DNA from: Alphaproteobacteria bacterium
GTDB taxonomy: Bacteria > Pseudomonadota > Alphaproteobacteria > Bin95
Direction of reading: 5' to 3'
Length of the DNA stretch: 64,000 bases
Assembly: GCA_965220855.1 (NCBI GenBank)
Contig: CBDCQY010000002.1
Location: 359,542-423,541, forward strand
Positions 61,279 to 64,000 of the stretch are shown here, one piece after another. The notes beneath the pieces were generated by a model, which worked only from the letters and a program-made list of their open reading frames with translations, was not told the origin of the DNA and searched no databases. Positions within the stretch are counted from its first letter, which is position 1; each line of letters starts with the position of its first letter. The translations under genes were made by a program, and so were the position numbers.

Positions 61279-62633
61279 AGGCGCACGATCTTTCCGGGAT
61301 TCATGATGTTCTTCGGGTCGAGCGCGCGCTTGATGGCGCGCATCGCCGGCAGGGCGGAGGGATGCTCGGCCTCGAGAAAGTGGATCTTGCCATGGCCGAC
61401 GCCATGCTCGCCGGTGCAGGTGCCGCCCATGGCGAGCGCGCGATGCACCATGCGCTCGTTGAGTTCGGTCGCGATCCGCACCTCTTCGGCGTCGTCGGGG
61501 CGGATGACGAAGATCACGTGGAAATTGCCGTCCCCGACATGGCCGACGATCGGCGTCGGGAACGGGGCGGAGGCGAGGTCGGCGCGGGTTTCGGCGATGC
61601 ATTCGGCCAGCCGCGAGAGCGGCACGCAGACATCGCTCGGCCAGCCCTCGGCGCCGGGCCGGAGCGCGATGGCCGCGAAGAAGGCGTCGTGTCGGGCCTG
61701 CCAGAGCCGGTTGCGCTCCTCGACGGTGGCGGACCAGACGAAGTCCGCGCCGCCGAACTCGCGCGCGATCTCTCCGGTGGTCTCGGCCTGCTCGGCCACG
61801 CCCGCCGGCGTGCCGTGGAACTCGAAGAAGAGGTGCGGCAGCGGCGCGTAGCCCAGCCCCGAATAGCGGTTGCAGGCGTCCATCTGCTCCGCGTCCAGCA
61901 GCTCGATGCGCGCCACCGGCACGCCGGACTGGATGGTCATGATGACGGCGTCCACCGCCGCCTCGACCGAGGGAAAGGCGGAGACCGCCGAGGCGACGCT
62001 CTCCGGAATGCCGTAGAGGCGCAGGTGAATGCCGGTGACGACGCCGAGCGTGCCCTCGGAGCCGATATAGAGGCGCGTCAGGTCGTAGCCGGCGGCGGAT
62101 TTGCGCGCCCGGCCGCCGGTCTCGATCAGGCGTCCGTCGGGCAGCGCGACCTCCAGCCCCAGCACATTGTCGCGCATGGTGCCGTAGCGCACCGCATTGG
62201 TGCCGGAGGCGCCGGTGGCCACCATGCCGCCGAGCGAGGCGTCGGCGCCGGGATCGATCGGGAAAAAGAGGCCCGTATCGCGCAATTCCTCGTTGAGCCG
62301 CTTGCGCGTGACGCCGGGCTCCACCGTGCAGGTCATGTCCTCGGCGTGGATGGCGCGGATGCGGTCCAGCCCCGAGAGATCGACGCACACGCCCCCCTCC
62401 AGCGCGCCGATATGGCCCTCCAGCGAGGTGCCGGCCCCGAAGGGCACGACCGGCGTGCCGGACTCGTGGCAGGCGGAGAGGATGGCCTGCACCTCCTCCA
62501 CGGTCTCCGGGAAGACCACCGCGTCCGGCGGATGCGGGGCGTGGAAGGTGGCGTCCTTGCCGTGATGGCCGCGCACCGCCCGGGCCGTGCTGCAGCGCGT
62601 CCCGAAGCGCTGCTTGAGGGCCTCGAGGCTCAT
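61275..62633 (-). CDS. FAD-linked oxidase, D-lactate dehydrogenase (cytochrome)/GlcD family
   Basis: PFGAGTSLEGH, FFPIDPGADASLGGM, YGTMRDNV, GSEGTLG, GEHGVG, NPGK. Confidence 0.92.
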   Translation of the reverse strand: MSLEALKQRFGTRCSTARAVRGHHGKDATFHAPHPPDAVVFPETVEEVQAILSACHESGTPVVPFGAGTSLEGHIGALEGGVCVDLSGLDRIRAIHAEDMTCTVEPGVTRKRLNEELRDTGLFFPIDPGADASLGGMVATGASGTNAVRYGTMRDNVLGLEVALPDGRLIETGGRARKSAAGYDLTRLYIGSEGTLGVVTGIHLRLYGIPESVASAVSAFPSVEAAVDAVIMTIQSGVPVARIELLDAEQMDACNRYSGLGYAPLPHLFFEFHGTPAGVAEQAETTGEIAREFGGADFVWSATVEERNRLWQARHDAFFAAIALRPGAEGWPSDVCVPLSRLAECIAETRADLASAPFPTPIVGHVGDGNFHVIFVIRPDDAEEVRIATELNERMVHRALAMGGTCTGEHGVGHGKIHFLEAEHPSALPAMRAIKRALDPKNIMNPGKIVRL

Positions 62634-63001
62634 TTGACGCAGATCGCCTCGATCTCGACCACCATCGCCGGATCGGCGAGCCCGGCGACGAACAGCAGGG
62701 TGGACGCCGGCACGGCGTCGCCGAAAAAGGCGTTCCGCGTCTCGCGGTAATAGTGGATATCCTCGCGCTGGGTCAGAAAGACGTTGAGCTTGACGGTGTT
62801 TTCGCGCGCGACGCCGGCGGCGTCCATCTGCGCGGCGAGATTGGCCCACACCTGGTCGATCTGGCTCCGCGCGTCCGGGGCCAGCGAGCCGTCCGGCCGC
62901 ACGCCGATCTGGCCGGAGATATGCACCCAGCCGGCCGCCTCCACCGAGTGCGAATAGCCGCGCGGGGTGTGGACGGTGTCGGGGCTGCGTCTTGTCAGCA
63001 T
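62630..63001 (-). CDS. RidA/YjgF family protein
   Basis: P.GYSH, ISGQIG, PASTLL.V.GL, VEIEA. Confidence 0.9.
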   Translation of the reverse strand: MLTRRSPDTVHTPRGYSHSVEAAGWVHISGQIGVRPDGSLAPDARSQIDQVWANLAAQMDAAGVARENTVKLNVFLTQREDIHYYRETRNAFFGDAVPASTLLFVAGLADPAMVVEIEAICVK

Positions 63002-63052
63002 GGCGTCGGTCTCCTCCGGTCGGGGGCCGCCCCCCGCAAGGGGGCGGCGTCG

Positions 63053-63094
63053 TCACAAGAAGGGTCCGCGACCGCCGGGGCGACCGCGGACCCT
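63053..63094 (-). terminator. Possible terminator or stabilising hairpin after dctP
   Basis: 10-bp stem agggtccgcg/cgcggaccct followed on the minus strand by TCTTGT; a second GC hairpin lies at 63026-63048. Confidence 0.4.
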
Positions 63095-63113
63095 GGCCCT
63101 GGAACCGAAGCGC

Positions 63114-64000
63114 CTAGTTGAGCAGCTTGCGGTCCTCTTCCTCGATCTCGGCCTCGGCCTGGGCGATCGACTCTTCCAGCAGCCTCAGCCACTTCTCGCC
63201 GAAGCGGTCCACATACCACTGCTTCAGCGGCTGGACGGACTCGACGAACTGCGCCTTCTCCTCGGGCGTCGGCACATAGACCTCGCCGCCCTTCTCCTTG
63301 AAGGCCGCATAGGCCGCGAGCGCCGTGAACTTCGGATCGTCGGAAGCCATGGCGGTCATGTGGTGGAAGCCGGCCGCCACGACGCGCTTCAGGTCGTCGG
63401 ACAGCCCCTGCAGGAAGTCGTCGTTCATCCACCAGAACAGGAACATGTAGGCGTGATGGTCGAGCGTCACCCGGTTCAGGAACTCGTGGAACTTCATGTT
63501 CACGATGTCGGTGATGCCGTTCTTGGTGCCGACGACGACGCCGGTGGCGAGCGAGGTGTAGAGCTCCTGCCACGGGATCGGGGTCGGATTGCCGCCCATC
63601 AGATTGACCATCTCGACCTGGAGCGGCGACTCGATGGTGCGCATCTTCACGCCCTCAAGGTCCTTCGGCGTGCGGATATCGACGTCGATGGTGAAGAAGT
63701 CGCGCCAGCCGCCGGTGTTGTTCAGGCCCATCAGCCGCAGCGTGCCGGTCTTCTCGAGCACCGCCTTGCGCACCTCGTCCATGAACGGACTCTTCATCAC
63801 CTTCTCGGCGACGCGGTCGTTCGGGAACATGTAGGGCAGGTCGGTCACCTGGATCTCGGGGAAGATGTTGGCGATGCCGCCCACCGTGGTGCCGGTGATC
63901 TCGCAGGTGCCGAGCTGCACCGATTCCAGGCACTGGCGGAAATTGCCGCAGAGCTGGCCGGCGGGATAGATCTCCACCTCCACCGCGCCGTTGGTCTGGG
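63114..64000 (-). CDS. dctP: TRAP transporter substrate-binding protein DctP (5' end outside the window)
   Basis: VEIYPAGQL, DLPY.F, DLEGVKMRT, G.NPTPIPWQELYTSL.TGVV.G. Confidence 0.9.
   Translation of the reverse strand, partial: QTNGAVEVEIYPAGQLCGNFRQCLESVQLGTCEITGTTVGGIANIFPEIQVTDLPYMFPNDRVAEKVMKSPFMDEVRKAVLEKTGTLRLMGLNNTGGWRDFFTIDVDIRTPKDLEGVKMRTIESPLQVEMVNLMGGNPTPIPWQELYTSLATGVVVGTKNGITDIVNMKFHEFLNRVTLDHHAYMFLFWWMNDDFLQGLSDDLKRVVAAGFHHMTAMASDDPKFTALAAYAAFKEKGGEVYVPTPEEKAQFVESVQPLKQWYVDRFGEKWLRLLEESIAQAEAEIEEEDRKLLN

Overview
Very GC-rich chromosomal segment of an alphaproteobacterium. The assignment rests on the GAAC-N7-GAAC SOS boxes, a CTTG-N17-CCTATCT heat-shock promoter, the trp-moa-lexA-comEC-gltX-gltA and serB-miaA-ilv neighbourhoods, and the FtsZ/NrdA types; a Rhodospirillales-like organism is only an inference. 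Most of the window is housekeeping: nrdA, ibpA, mutS, gloB, trpGDC, moaC-moeA, bfr/bfd, lexA, comEC, gltX, gltA, ilvBNC, miaA, serB, the complete dcw cluster from mraZ to ftsZ, RNase P RNA and an ABC-F ATPase. Several orphan catabolic genes are interspersed (four SDRs, an LLM oxidoreductase, two GSA-like aminotransferases, a flavin hydroxylase, a TRAP binding protein). I saw no tRNA, rRNA, CRISPR array, integrase or intact transposase, and no clearly new intact multi-gene system. The best leads are: (1) two coupled secreted D-x2-C...C-x3-C paralogues at the left edge; (2) an AT-rich control region upstream of the dcw operon that holds a LexA box, DnaA boxes, MraZ repeats and a perfect 9-1-9 palindrome; (3) two essential-gene pairs (comEC/gltX, miaA/serB) whose start codons share one CATG tetramer; (4) a type I restriction/RhuM locus apparently collapsed into about 0.75 kb of fused scraps; (5) a low-GC orphan membrane protein next to a toxin-less antitoxin remnant; (6) bfr and bfd facing each other with three Fur-type boxes. 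All family calls come from motif recognition by eye; no database searches were run. Start codons were re-chosen by hand where the ORF track over-extends.
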